Source: Desulfatiglandales bacterium (GTDB lineage Bacteria; Desulfobacterota; DSM-4660; Desulfatiglandales; Desulfatiglandaceae). Taken from it: a stretch of DNA of 64,000 bases. The stretch lies in assembly GCA_963662465.1 (NCBI GenBank), contig OY759599.1, positions 5,728,001-5,792,000 on the forward strand. The letters are read 5' to 3'. The notes below the pieces were generated by a model. The model had not been told where the DNA came from. It saw only the letters and a program-made list of their open reading frames with translations, and ran no database searches. Both the position numbers and the translations under genes were made by a program. This document shows, piece after piece, positions 8,802 to 16,831 of the stretch (position 1 is the first letter of the stretch; each line of letters begins with the position of its first letter).

Positions 8802-10457
8802 TTATGCCCCGCCCCTTTCCTTAAGTACCGATGCCAACCGCGGCACCACCTGCTTTTTGCGGCTCATGACCCCCGGCAGGGACAGCAGGCCGGCATCATC
8901 AACCGACACATTGAAGGCAAGGGCCGCCAGAGCCAGCCCTTTTTCACTATTGGTCAATAAGAGACTCCGTTCCTCTAGAATATCGGTCAGCACCAGTACG
9001 GCCATGGACAACCCGGATTCCTTTGTCGCTTTCCGGAGTTCATACCGCAATGCTTCCACCGACGGCATGGATTTTTCGATCTCCGTCAGCTCGGTCTGGC
9101 CGATACCGATCTCGTGACCCCCGAATCGATAGATTTTCCAGTCGTGATGTACCCACCAGCGGGGTGGCGGCGGGGGCGTGGGGAGGCGTGCGCGAAACAG
9201 GGCACGGGCCAGCTTTCCCATATCCTCTCCGGCCTTTTCCGCCAGCCATCGGGCGGCCTTTTTATCCCGCTCCGTTGTGGTGGGAGAACGAAATTCCACA
9301 GTATCGCTCAAAATGGCCCCCAGCATGGCCCCGGCCATGGGGATAGAAAGCGGTGTATGATGCCGCCGGTAGAGTTCAGCAATCAGGGTGCAGGTACATC
9401 CCAGGGGTTCCACCAGCATTTGAAGGGGCGCCAGGGTTCGCAGACCCCCGAGGTTGTGATGGTCAATAATAGCCAGGATTTCACTTTCCAAAATCCCCGC
9501 GGCCGCCTGGTCCGGATGGTTGTGGTCCGTGAGAATCACGCGCCTGCGGTGCTGTCCCGCCAGGTGACGCCGCAGCAGAAGACCTTTCAGCATCCCATTC
9601 TTGTCCACCGCCGGCACGGCGGCCAGGCGATGTTGGCGAATCCGGTCAAACCCATCCGTCAACAGGTCTTCCTCGCGAACCATTGGGGGTTTTGGGTCCA
9701 TGGCGCAGGTCAACGGAAGGCTCTGCTGAATAAGCTGCGCCACGGCAAAAGCGGCTTTCCGGGTACGGAGAATCACCACCCCACTGGATTCAGCTTTTGT
9801 CAGAGCGTCATGAGAGATGGGGGCGTCGTCGGTCGCCACGAGACAGCCCGCTCCAGCGCATATGGCGGCATATTGAACATCCGGTTGATTCCCCACAATC
9901 ACCAGGTCGCCCAGGTCCACCCGCTTGGGCACATGACTTTTGGAAAAAGTGGCAATGCACACACGGCCGCGAACCACCACGGAATCCCGGCCGGCAACCA
10001 GCTCCGCTTCAAGAGTGCGGCGCAACAGGGCAAGGGGAAGTTCCACCCGCCTGGGCAACTGTAACTCAGCCAGATACCGGTCCGCCAGTTTCTCATGGGC
10101 CAGCAATCCGGTCAATCGACCTTCAGAATTCACCACCGGCAAGGCGCCCAGTCCATTAGCCTGCATGAGCAACCCCCCTTCCCGCAGGGTTTGATCGGTA
10201 CGAAGCGTGGGCGCATCGATTACCATGGCATCCCCCACCCGCAGATAGACATCCTCGATGGTTCGGGGAGCCGGCAGCGCCAGGTGATCCAGCAGCCAGG
10301 CCGTTTCCCGGTTCAGTTCATCCAGGTGACAGGCAACCGTCTTTTCTCCGGTCTGCCAGGCATAAAAAGCGGCATAGGCCATGGCGGAACAGACCGCGTC
10401 CGTATCCGGGTCATGGTGCCCCACTACCAATACTTCGTCAATCATGGACGGTATCAT
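8802..10457 (-). CDS. ppaC: Family II Mn-dependent inorganic pyrophosphatase with CBS and DRTGG insert (CBS-PPase)
   Basis: GHHDPDTDAVCSA, TDHN, IDHH, ILSDT, MSRKKQ motifs; CBS-DRTGG-CBS insertion. Confidence 0.9.
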   Translation of the reverse strand: MIPSMIDEVLVVGHHDPDTDAVCSAMAYAAFYAWQTGEKTVACHLDELNRETAWLLDHLALPAPRTIEDVYLRVGDAMVIDAPTLRTDQTLREGGLLMQANGLGALPVVNSEGRLTGLLAHEKLADRYLAELQLPRRVELPLALLRRTLEAELVAGRDSVVVRGRVCIATFSKSHVPKRVDLGDLVIVGNQPDVQYAAICAGAGCLVATDDAPISHDALTKAESSGVVILRTRKAAFAVAQLIQQSLPLTCAMDPKPPMVREEDLLTDGFDRIRQHRLAAVPAVDKNGMLKGLLLRRHLAGQHRRRVILTDHNHPDQAAAGILESEILAIIDHHNLGGLRTLAPLQMLVEPLGCTCTLIAELYRRHHTPLSIPMAGAMLGAILSDTVEFRSPTTTERDKKAARWLAEKAGEDMGKLARALFRARLPTPPPPPRWWVHHDWKIYRFGGHEIGIGQTELTEIEKSMPSVEALRYELRKATKESGLSMAVLVLTDILEERSLLLTNSEKGLALAALAFNVSVDDAGLLSLPGVMSRKKQVVPRLASVLKERGGA

Positions 10458-10489
10458 TCGGTTTCCTTCAAAGGGGATTGGGTTACGGT

Positions 10490-11035
10490 TCAGCCGCCGT
10501 AATCGTGATCATCGGGCAATGCGGCATTGTCTTCACAATCAAGGAGCGGATCATCGGGATCCGGCTTGCTATGGTATGCCAACCGAATAATACTTCCCTT
10601 TGGAGGAACGCAGGACAAGCGTGCTTCGAAGTGAGATGGGCGATGTTTTCGAGCCCCAGGGGTCTTGGGCAGGATTTTGGGGATATAGGGGGCATTGGTC
10701 TGGTTAATGACCGCCCCGGAAGGCGAAACCACGGCCACATCCACATGACCCATGCCGGAAAACGCGGTGTTGCGGCGCCGCACTTCCCCCGCAATCAACA
10801 GTTCATCGCCTTCCTGTTTTGCTGTGATATTCGACAGAAGCACCCGTGAAGAGGGGATGGGTTCGACAAACAGGTTCCCCATAGGGGCAAGGGAAGAGTA
10901 CCGTGATGCGCATCCTGCCATACTGACGCCGACGGCAAGCCAGAGCAGCAACGGAAAAAGTGGGCATTTTCCGCCAATCGCGGGTACAATCCTGTGTAAC
11001 GATGTTTTTCTAAAGTGTAAAATAGGCTTTTTCAA
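10490..11035 (-). CDS. Hypothetical lipoprotein
   Basis: GAGGAG SD before TTG at 11035; hydrophobic stretch ending in lipobox-like MAGC; overlaps no other credible gene. Confidence 0.6.
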   Translation of the reverse strand: MKKPILHFRKTSLHRIVPAIGGKCPLFPLLLWLAVGVSMAGCASRYSSLAPMGNLFVEPIPSSRVLLSNITAKQEGDELLIAGEVRRRNTAFSGMGHVDVAVVSPSGAVINQTNAPYIPKILPKTPGARKHRPSHFEARLSCVPPKGSIIRLAYHSKPDPDDPLLDCEDNAALPDDHDYGG

Positions 11036-11208
11036 GGCTTGCTCCTCTTTTTCCGGTGTGTCCGCTGGGAACGATATTAAAGAAAAATGATCAGTTGCTT
11101 TTCCATATGAAAAAAAATATAAAAAAATACCCCTGTGCGTCAAGGGAAAAGGTTCCCTGCGCAGACCTGGCGAAATCAATCCCTCGGTTCATAGCTAAGG
11201 AGAAAACC

Positions 11209-12009
11209 GTGCCATTTGAAATGATTAACGGACGAAAGCTTTATTATGAAACCCATGGTGAAGGTGAACCCATTGTTCTGCTTCACCACGGCTTTGGCTG
11301 CACCAAAATCTGGAAGGAAATTTTTCCATCATTGGTAAAAGCGGGTCACCGGGTTTTAATGTTCGATCGAAGAGGATACGGACGTTCCGAGGGGGGGGCC
11401 GATTTTCCGGACTTTTTTGTGAGCGAAGCATTTCGAAAAGAGAATGTGAACGACATGCTGCTGCTCCTGGATCGCCTGGGATTTGATGCTTTCCATCTGG
11501 TGGGGCAATGCGAGGGAGGCGTTATTGCCCTTGATTTTACGGCCCGATACCCGGAAAAGGTCAAAACCATCGCCATTTCAAGCACCCTCTGCTACAGCGT
11601 GGAGACGATTCCCGAAAGAAACAAGGTGGATTTCCCCAAACCCTTTAATGAACTGGACCCGGCTCTCCAAAAAAAGCTCATGGACTGGCATGGCGAGGAT
11701 TATGCAGCATCCTTTTTCAATCAATTTCGTTATGCCGGCGGCGCCTATGGAACGGGCATTTTTGACATCCGGCCCCTGTTGCCTGCGGTCAAATGTCCGG
11801 CCCTGGTACTCTATCCCGACCGCAGCAAGCTTTTTGACGTAGAACAGGGTGTCGCCTTTTACCGACATCTGCCGGCGGGCGAACTTTCGGTGCTTCCCAT
11901 GTGCGGGCATAATACCTACGAACATCAGCCCGAAGAATATGTGCATGTACTTTTGGGGTTTTTAGCGCGACACGGGATGAAACGCGCAAAACCCATTGAA
12001 AAACCGTAA
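11209..12009 (+). CDS. Alpha/beta hydrolase with Cys in the nucleophile elbow
   Basis: LLHHGFG oxyanion loop, FDRRGYGRS, GQCEGG elbow, CGHN His; SD AAGGAG then GTG 11209. Confidence 0.85.
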   Translation: MPFEMINGRKLYYETHGEGEPIVLLHHGFGCTKIWKEIFPSLVKAGHRVLMFDRRGYGRSEGGADFPDFFVSEAFRKENVNDMLLLLDRLGFDAFHLVGQCEGGVIALDFTARYPEKVKTIAISSTLCYSVETIPERNKVDFPKPFNELDPALQKKLMDWHGEDYAASFFNQFRYAGGAYGTGIFDIRPLLPAVKCPALVLYPDRSKLFDVEQGVAFYRHLPAGELSVLPMCGHNTYEHQPEEYVHVLLGFLARHGMKRAKPIEKP

Positions 12010-12038
12010 ACCGGTTTATAAAAAAAGGAGATTTTCAA

Positions 12039-12731
12039 ATGAATATGACATCGGAAGTGGAGGGGATGGTCTGTGTGGCCAAGGGACCGAAAAACGGTCC
12101 GGCGCCCATTCCCGAGGAAGGCAAATGGGTTCAAGCCAAACAAATTAATGACATTTCGGGTTTGACCCATGGGGTCGGCTGGTGCGCCCCCCAGCAGGGG
12201 GCCAGCAAACTGACCCTGAATGTGAAAAACGGCATTATCGAAGAGGCACTGGTGGAAACCCTCGGGTGTACGGGCATGACGCACTCCGCCGCCATGGCCG
12301 CGGAAATCCTTCCGGGAAAAACCATCTTGGAGGCCCTTAATACGGACCTGGTGTGCGACGCCATCAACGTGGCCATGCGGGAACTCTTTCTACAGATCGT
12401 TTACGGTCGGACCCAAACCGCCTTTTCCGAAGGGGGGCTTCCCATCGGCGCCGGGCTGGAAGATCTGGGAAAAGGGTTTCGAAGCGTCGTCGGCACCATG
12501 TACGGCACGAATGCCAAGGGAGCCCGATACCTCGAAATGGCGGAAGGATACGTCAAAAGAATCGCGCTCGATGAAAACCAGGAGATCATCGGATATGAAT
12601 TTGTTCAACTGGGTATCATGATGGACCTCATTGAAAAGGGTATGGATGCGAATGATGCCCTTAAAAAGGCCACAGGAACCTACGGCCGGTTTCAGGACGC
12701 CGTCACAACCATCAATCCGAGACACCAATAA
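12039..12731 (+). CDS. IscU/NifU-N-like Fe-S scaffold-type protein, partner of the GGGtGRT protein
   Basis: GWCAPQQG, ETLGCTGMTHS, LVCDAIN Cys spacing resembles U-type scaffolds; adjacent to the GGGtGRT gene. Confidence 0.75.
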   Translation: MNMTSEVEGMVCVAKGPKNGPAPIPEEGKWVQAKQINDISGLTHGVGWCAPQQGASKLTLNVKNGIIEEALVETLGCTGMTHSAAMAAEILPGKTILEALNTDLVCDAINVAMRELFLQIVYGRTQTAFSEGGLPIGAGLEDLGKGFRSVVGTMYGTNAKGARYLEMAEGYVKRIALDENQEIIGYEFVQLGIMMDLIEKGMDANDALKKATGTYGRFQDAVTTINPRHQ

Positions 12732-12743
12732 GGGGATCAATCA

Positions 12744-13742
12744 ATGGCACTTTTTGAAGGATATGACAGACGCATCAAACAAGTCTCCTCTGCCCTGGAA
12801 CAATACGGCATTGCCTCCCTGGAAGAGGCCGAGACCATCTGCAAGGAAAAAGGGTTGAATATATACGAAATCGTGAGGGATGTTCAACCCATCTGCTTTG
12901 AAAACGCCTGCTGGGCCTATCTGGTGGGAGCGGCTATCGCCATCAAGAAAGGACAGACCGGGGCTTCGGATATCGCGGAAACCCTTGGGATTGGATTGCA
13001 AGCCTTTTGCATTCCCGGTTCCGTCGCGGACGACCGGAAGGTGGGTCTCGGGCACGGCAACCTGGCCGCCATGCTGCTGAAAGAAGAAACCCATTGTTTT
13101 GCCTTCGTGGCGGGACATGAGTCCTTTGCCGCAGCCGAAGGGGCCATCGGCCTGGCCAAATCCGCCAACAAAGCCCGCAAAGATCCCTTAAGGGTCATTT
13201 TGAACGGCCTGGGGAAAGATGCGGCCCACATCATCTCGCGTATCAACGGGTTTACCCATGTGATCACAAAATTCGATTATAAAACCGGCATTTTGGAAAT
13301 CGTCAAGGAGACCCCCTATTCAAAGGGGGACCGGGCCAGGGTGAAGTGCTACGGCGCCGACGACGTGCGGGAAGGGGTGGCCATCAACCACCACGAAGGG
13401 GTGGATGTGTCCATTACGGGAAATTCCACCAACCCCACCCGTTTTCAGCACCCGGTGGCCGGCACCTACAAGAAAGAATGTCAATTGAAAGGGAAAAAGT
13501 ATTTTTCCGTGGCCTCCGGCGGCGGTACGGGAAGGACCCTTCATCCCGACAACATGGCCGCCGGCCCCGCTTCCTACGGCATGACCGACACCATGGGAAG
13601 GATGCATTCGGACGCCCAGTTTGCCGGCTCCTCGTCGGTTCCCGCCCATGTGGAAATGATGGGGTTCATCGGCATGGGAAACAACCCCATGGTGGGGGCT
13701 TCAGTTGCCGTGGCCGTGGCTGTGGAACAGGCCATGAAATAA
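12744..13742 (+). CDS. GGGtGRT family protein
   Basis: Signature VASGGGTGRTLHPDN; MALFEGYDRR N-terminus. Confidence 0.9.
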   Translation: MALFEGYDRRIKQVSSALEQYGIASLEEAETICKEKGLNIYEIVRDVQPICFENACWAYLVGAAIAIKKGQTGASDIAETLGIGLQAFCIPGSVADDRKVGLGHGNLAAMLLKEETHCFAFVAGHESFAAAEGAIGLAKSANKARKDPLRVILNGLGKDAAHIISRINGFTHVITKFDYKTGILEIVKETPYSKGDRARVKCYGADDVREGVAINHHEGVDVSITGNSTNPTRFQHPVAGTYKKECQLKGKKYFSVASGGGTGRTLHPDNMAAGPASYGMTDTMGRMHSDAQFAGSSSVPAHVEMMGFIGMGNNPMVGASVAVAVAVEQAMK

Positions 13743-13748
13743 AGTTTT

Positions 13749-13778
13749 CCCGTTCCCACACCGGCGCGTGGGAACGGG
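13749..13778. repeat. REP-like palindrome
   Basis: CCCGTTCCCAC-N8-GTGGGAACGGG directly after the stop codon. Confidence 0.6.
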
Positions 13779-13806
13779 CGCAGATTCCCAGCATAGGAAC
13801 GAAAGA

Positions 13807-14658
13807 ATGGAAAACAGCATCTATCAAATCAAAACCATGACCCGGGAACAGGTGGATCTGGCCGTCGACTGGGCCGCCGACGAGGCGTGGAATCCGGGGC
13901 TTCATGATGGGGATTCATTTTATGCCGCCGACCCCGAGGGATTTTTCATGGGATTCCTGGACGGGGAACCTGTCGCCTCTATTTCCGCGGTTCGCTACGG
14001 TGAAACCTTCGGGTTTATCGGCTTTTTCATGGTGAAATCAAAATACCGGGGCAGGGGCTATGGATTTGAGATCGGGCAGCGGGCACTGGTGCACCTGAGA
14101 GGACGCCTGATTGGCCTGGATGGCGTTGTGGCACAGCAGGAAAATTATAAAAAAGCGGGCTTCACCCTGGCCTGTCGAAACATTCGCTACCAGGGCATTG
14201 GGGTTGGCAAACAGATTGACTATCCAGAAATCGTCTCGTTATCGAGCATCCCCCTTGGAGAAATCCATGCCTGTGATCGAAGGTTCTTTCCCGATGAAAG
14301 GGATGTTTTTGTGAAAAGCTGGATCAACCAACCCGGCAGCCGGGCCCTCGGCATTTGTCGTAAAGGAAATTTGGCGGGCTACGGGGTACTTCGCCCCTGC
14401 CAATCAGGTTACAAAATCGGCCCCCTCTTTGCACCGGATGCCGGATCGGCAAAAGCCCTCTTTACGGTTCTTTCGGGCCATGCTGAAAAAGGCGCCCCGA
14501 TTTATCTGGATGTTCCCGAGATCAATCCATCGGCCGTGGCGCTTGCCGAGGAAAACCGCATGGCGGCGGTTTTTGAAACAGCCCGTATGTATAACGGCAA
14601 ACCACCCCGGCTTCCGGTAAACGAGATCTTCGGGGTTACAACCTTTGAATTGGGTTAA
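13807..14658 (+). CDS. GNAT N-acetyltransferase (YitH-like two-domain type)
   Basis: EAWNPG, YRGRGYG acetyl-CoA loop, KIGPLFA, VFETARMY, C-terminal TTFELG. Confidence 0.85.
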   Translation: MENSIYQIKTMTREQVDLAVDWAADEAWNPGLHDGDSFYAADPEGFFMGFLDGEPVASISAVRYGETFGFIGFFMVKSKYRGRGYGFEIGQRALVHLRGRLIGLDGVVAQQENYKKAGFTLACRNIRYQGIGVGKQIDYPEIVSLSSIPLGEIHACDRRFFPDERDVFVKSWINQPGSRALGICRKGNLAGYGVLRPCQSGYKIGPLFAPDAGSAKALFTVLSGHAEKGAPIYLDVPEINPSAVALAEENRMAAVFETARMYNGKPPRLPVNEIFGVTTFELG

Positions 14659-14702
14659 AGTTCCGGAATCCGAACCCGCAATAGTCGGGTTATCCGTTGG
14701 TT

Positions 14703-15950
14703 TCACCTGGCGGCGCCCTTAAATCCCTGAATGCTGCGTATCCGTTCCAGGACCGGCGGATGACTGTAAGACAAAAAAACCTTGAGAGGATGAGGGGTCA
14801 GGTTGGAGAGGTTGTCCACGCTAAGCTTTTTGAGGGCCGCAATCATGGACTGGGGCCGCTTGTAGGTCCTGACCGCGTAGGCATCGGCTTCGTATTCATG
14901 CCCGCGGGACAGCATGTTGCCAAAAATAGACAGAACCATCTCAATGGGGGTATAAAGAAAGCCAAAAAAGAACAGGCTGGCGTAAATGGAGATATGATCC
15001 ATTCGAAAAGCCTCAAACAGGGCAGGGTTGTTCATGAAGATGGACAAAATATAAAACATGAGTCCCATGGAAAAAATGGAAATCAGGATGGACTTCAGGA
15101 TGTGCTTCTTTTTGTAATGCCCCATTTCGTGAGCCAGAATTGAAACCAGTTCCTCCTTGGTATGCTTTGAAATGAGGGTGTCAAACAGCACAATCCGCCT
15201 GAAACGGCCAAAACCCGTAAAAAAAGCATTGGACTTGGTGGAGCGCTTGGACCCGTCCATGGTATAGATCCCTTTCATTTTGAATCCCTGCTTTTTAGCG
15301 TAGTCCTCAATGGCCTCCTTCAACTCTCCCTGTTCCAGGGGAATGAATTTATTGAAAATGGGCATGATCACCACGGGTGCGATGAACATCAGAAAGACTT
15401 GAATGACCGTGAGCGCCGCCCAGCAATAAAACCATGCCAGAGGGCCGGTTTGTTCAAAAAACCACAAAATGGCTGAAAACACGGGGGCGCCGATGACAAC
15501 GGCCAGCAACCATCCCTTAAGGATGTCGGTCACAAAGGTTTTTGGCGTCGTCTTGTTAAACCCATATTTTCCCTCGATGACAAAAGTGCCGTAGATGGAA
15601 AAGGGAAGGCTCAAGATCTGCGACCCGAACAGGAGGATCGCGGCAAAAATGAGCCCCGTGGCAATAGGCCCCCATTCCAGACTTCGCGCCCACAGGTCCA
15701 CCCGGTTAAATCCCCCCAACAGAATAAAAGCAATGATCGCGGGTGTCGCGATGGAACCGGTGATCAATCCAAATTGGGTGTTTTCCTTGAGATATTCCTG
15801 TGATTTTTTGTACTTTTCCGCATCATAATAGCCGGAGAAAGCTTCGGGTAATTGTGTTTTAAGATGCTTGACATTTAGGATATCCACAATCATCCCAAGT
15901 ACATAATCCCCCACGAGGATAACCAGAATAATAATCAGGAACGCATTCAT
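14703..15950 (-). CDS. M48 family (Ste24/CAAX-like) membrane zinc metalloprotease
   Basis: DGSKRSTKSNAFFTG, HEMGH, EYEADAYA, SHPPVLERI; several TM helices. Confidence 0.93.
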   Translation of the reverse strand: MNAFLIIILVILVGDYVLGMIVDILNVKHLKTQLPEAFSGYYDAEKYKKSQEYLKENTQFGLITGSIATPAIIAFILLGGFNRVDLWARSLEWGPIATGLIFAAILLFGSQILSLPFSIYGTFVIEGKYGFNKTTPKTFVTDILKGWLLAVVIGAPVFSAILWFFEQTGPLAWFYCWAALTVIQVFLMFIAPVVIMPIFNKFIPLEQGELKEAIEDYAKKQGFKMKGIYTMDGSKRSTKSNAFFTGFGRFRRIVLFDTLISKHTKEELVSILAHEMGHYKKKHILKSILISIFSMGLMFYILSIFMNNPALFEAFRMDHISIYASLFFFGFLYTPIEMVLSIFGNMLSRGHEYEADAYAVRTYKRPQSMIAALKKLSVDNLSNLTPHPLKVFLSYSHPPVLERIRSIQGFKGAAR

Positions 15951-15974
15951 GAACGACTCTCCCAGCCCTTTTTC

Positions 15975-16361
15975 TTACAGGCTTCCTTCACTGCAGGTGG
16001 TGTCGAATCCGCCCCTTGTGTTGTAAATGGTGGTGATTTTTAACCGGCTCGTTTTTAAAATCCGGCTCAAATCATCATATATCCGTTTGGTGACCCCCTC
16101 CTGAAAAAGGCCCACATTTTTAAAACTGACCACATAATATTTTAAGGATTTCAGTTCGATGCATAAGCCCCCTTTCGGATAATATTCAATGATCAATCGC
16201 CCCACATCGGGGAGGCCGCTGAAGGGGCAGCAGGCGATGAATTCCCGGGTTTCGGTTTTGATGTATTGATGAGGACTGTCAAACGCAAAGGTCTCCAGAA
16301 AATCGGTTCTGATGTTGTCGGGACTTTCCCACTGGAAAATCTTTCCTTCCGCCTCGATCAT
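15975..16361 (-). CDS. queF: NADPH-dependent preQ0 reductase QueF (type I)
   Basis: CPFSGLPD catalytic motif, QueF motif [18 protein letters not shown] before ATG 16361. Confidence 0.88.
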   Translation of the reverse strand: MIEAEGKIFQWESPDNIRTDFLETFAFDSPHQYIKTETREFIACCPFSGLPDVGRLIIEYYPKGGLCIELKSLKYYVVSFKNVGLFQEGVTKRIYDDLSRILKTSRLKITTIYNTRGGFDTTCSEGSL

Positions 16362-16414
16362 ATGGCTAAATCTCCTTTTTCGGATGCACGGGCAAGGCAT
16401 CCGGTTTTTTCAAT

Positions 16415-16438
16415 GGACAGACACATGGGTCTGCCCCC
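16415..16438. repeat. GTAG-family-like REP hairpin
   Basis: Minus strand GGGGCAGACCCATGTGTCTGTCC. Confidence 0.5.
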
Positions 16439-16623
16439 TTCGTATAAGGGCACGCCCGCTATCCATACCCTATCCTCATGGAAAAGCCAATGCGAATTAG
16501 CAGAAAAAAAACCTTGAATTGTTTTTAAAAGCATGTCATAAGCAAATTTCAATCTAACGAATTCTAAAGATTCTAAAGGAATTTAGCGGCGTGTCTTCTT
16601 TTCGTAGCCAGCGAACCATCGGT

Positions 16624-16710
16624 ATGTTTCACATGTTAAACGAGGCGGCAGCATTAATCGCGGCAGCCGCGGACGTGCCCGTGGCTCTGGGAGAGGCGTC
16701 GATGGCATAA
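16624..16710 (+). CDS. Putative Ala-rich attenuator leader peptide (28 aa; alternative start 16633)
   Basis: MFHMLNEAAALIAAAADVPVALGEASMA*: 10 Ala codons including runs of 3 and 4, followed by a terminator; SD is weak. Confidence 0.65.
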   Translation: MFHMLNEAAALIAAAADVPVALGEASMA

Positions 16711-16761
16711 ACCATCAACAAAACCAACCAGGGCCGCGGGCGTTTTCGCGGCCGTTTTTTT
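16677..16761 (+). promoter_or_regulatory. Attenuator: alternative antiterminator and intrinsic terminator
   Basis: Terminator GGCCGCG(16732-38)/CGCGGCC(16747-53) + T7; antiterminator 16677-16690 pairs with 16728-16741 (12 WC + 2 GU). Confidence 0.7.
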
Positions 16762-16762
16762 G

Positions 16763-16792
16763 AGGGGCTGCTTGAATTTGCAGCCCCTTTTT
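16763..16792 (+). terminator. Second terminator-like hairpin in the aminotransferase leader
   Basis: AGGGGCTGC-TTGAATTT-GCAGCCCCT followed by TTTT. Confidence 0.5.
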
Positions 16793-16831
16793 CGTGGATA
16801 CAAGGGATTTTTAAAGAGGGAGGGAAAACTT

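Noticed and set aside
16362..16560. Possible preQ1 riboswitch upstream of queF
   Set aside because: No recognisable preQ1 stem-loop plus A-rich tail by eye; the hairpins present look like REP or generic stems. An Infernal/Rfam scan would settle it.
16625..16640. parS-like half site TGTTTCACATGTTAAA
   Set aside because: Right half does not match GTGAAACA; better explained as the first codons of the leader peptide.
16760..16831. 24-aa N-terminal extension of the aminotransferase from TTG 16760
   Set aside because: Starts inside the terminator T-tract; ATG 16832 has a good SD and matches the family N-terminus.
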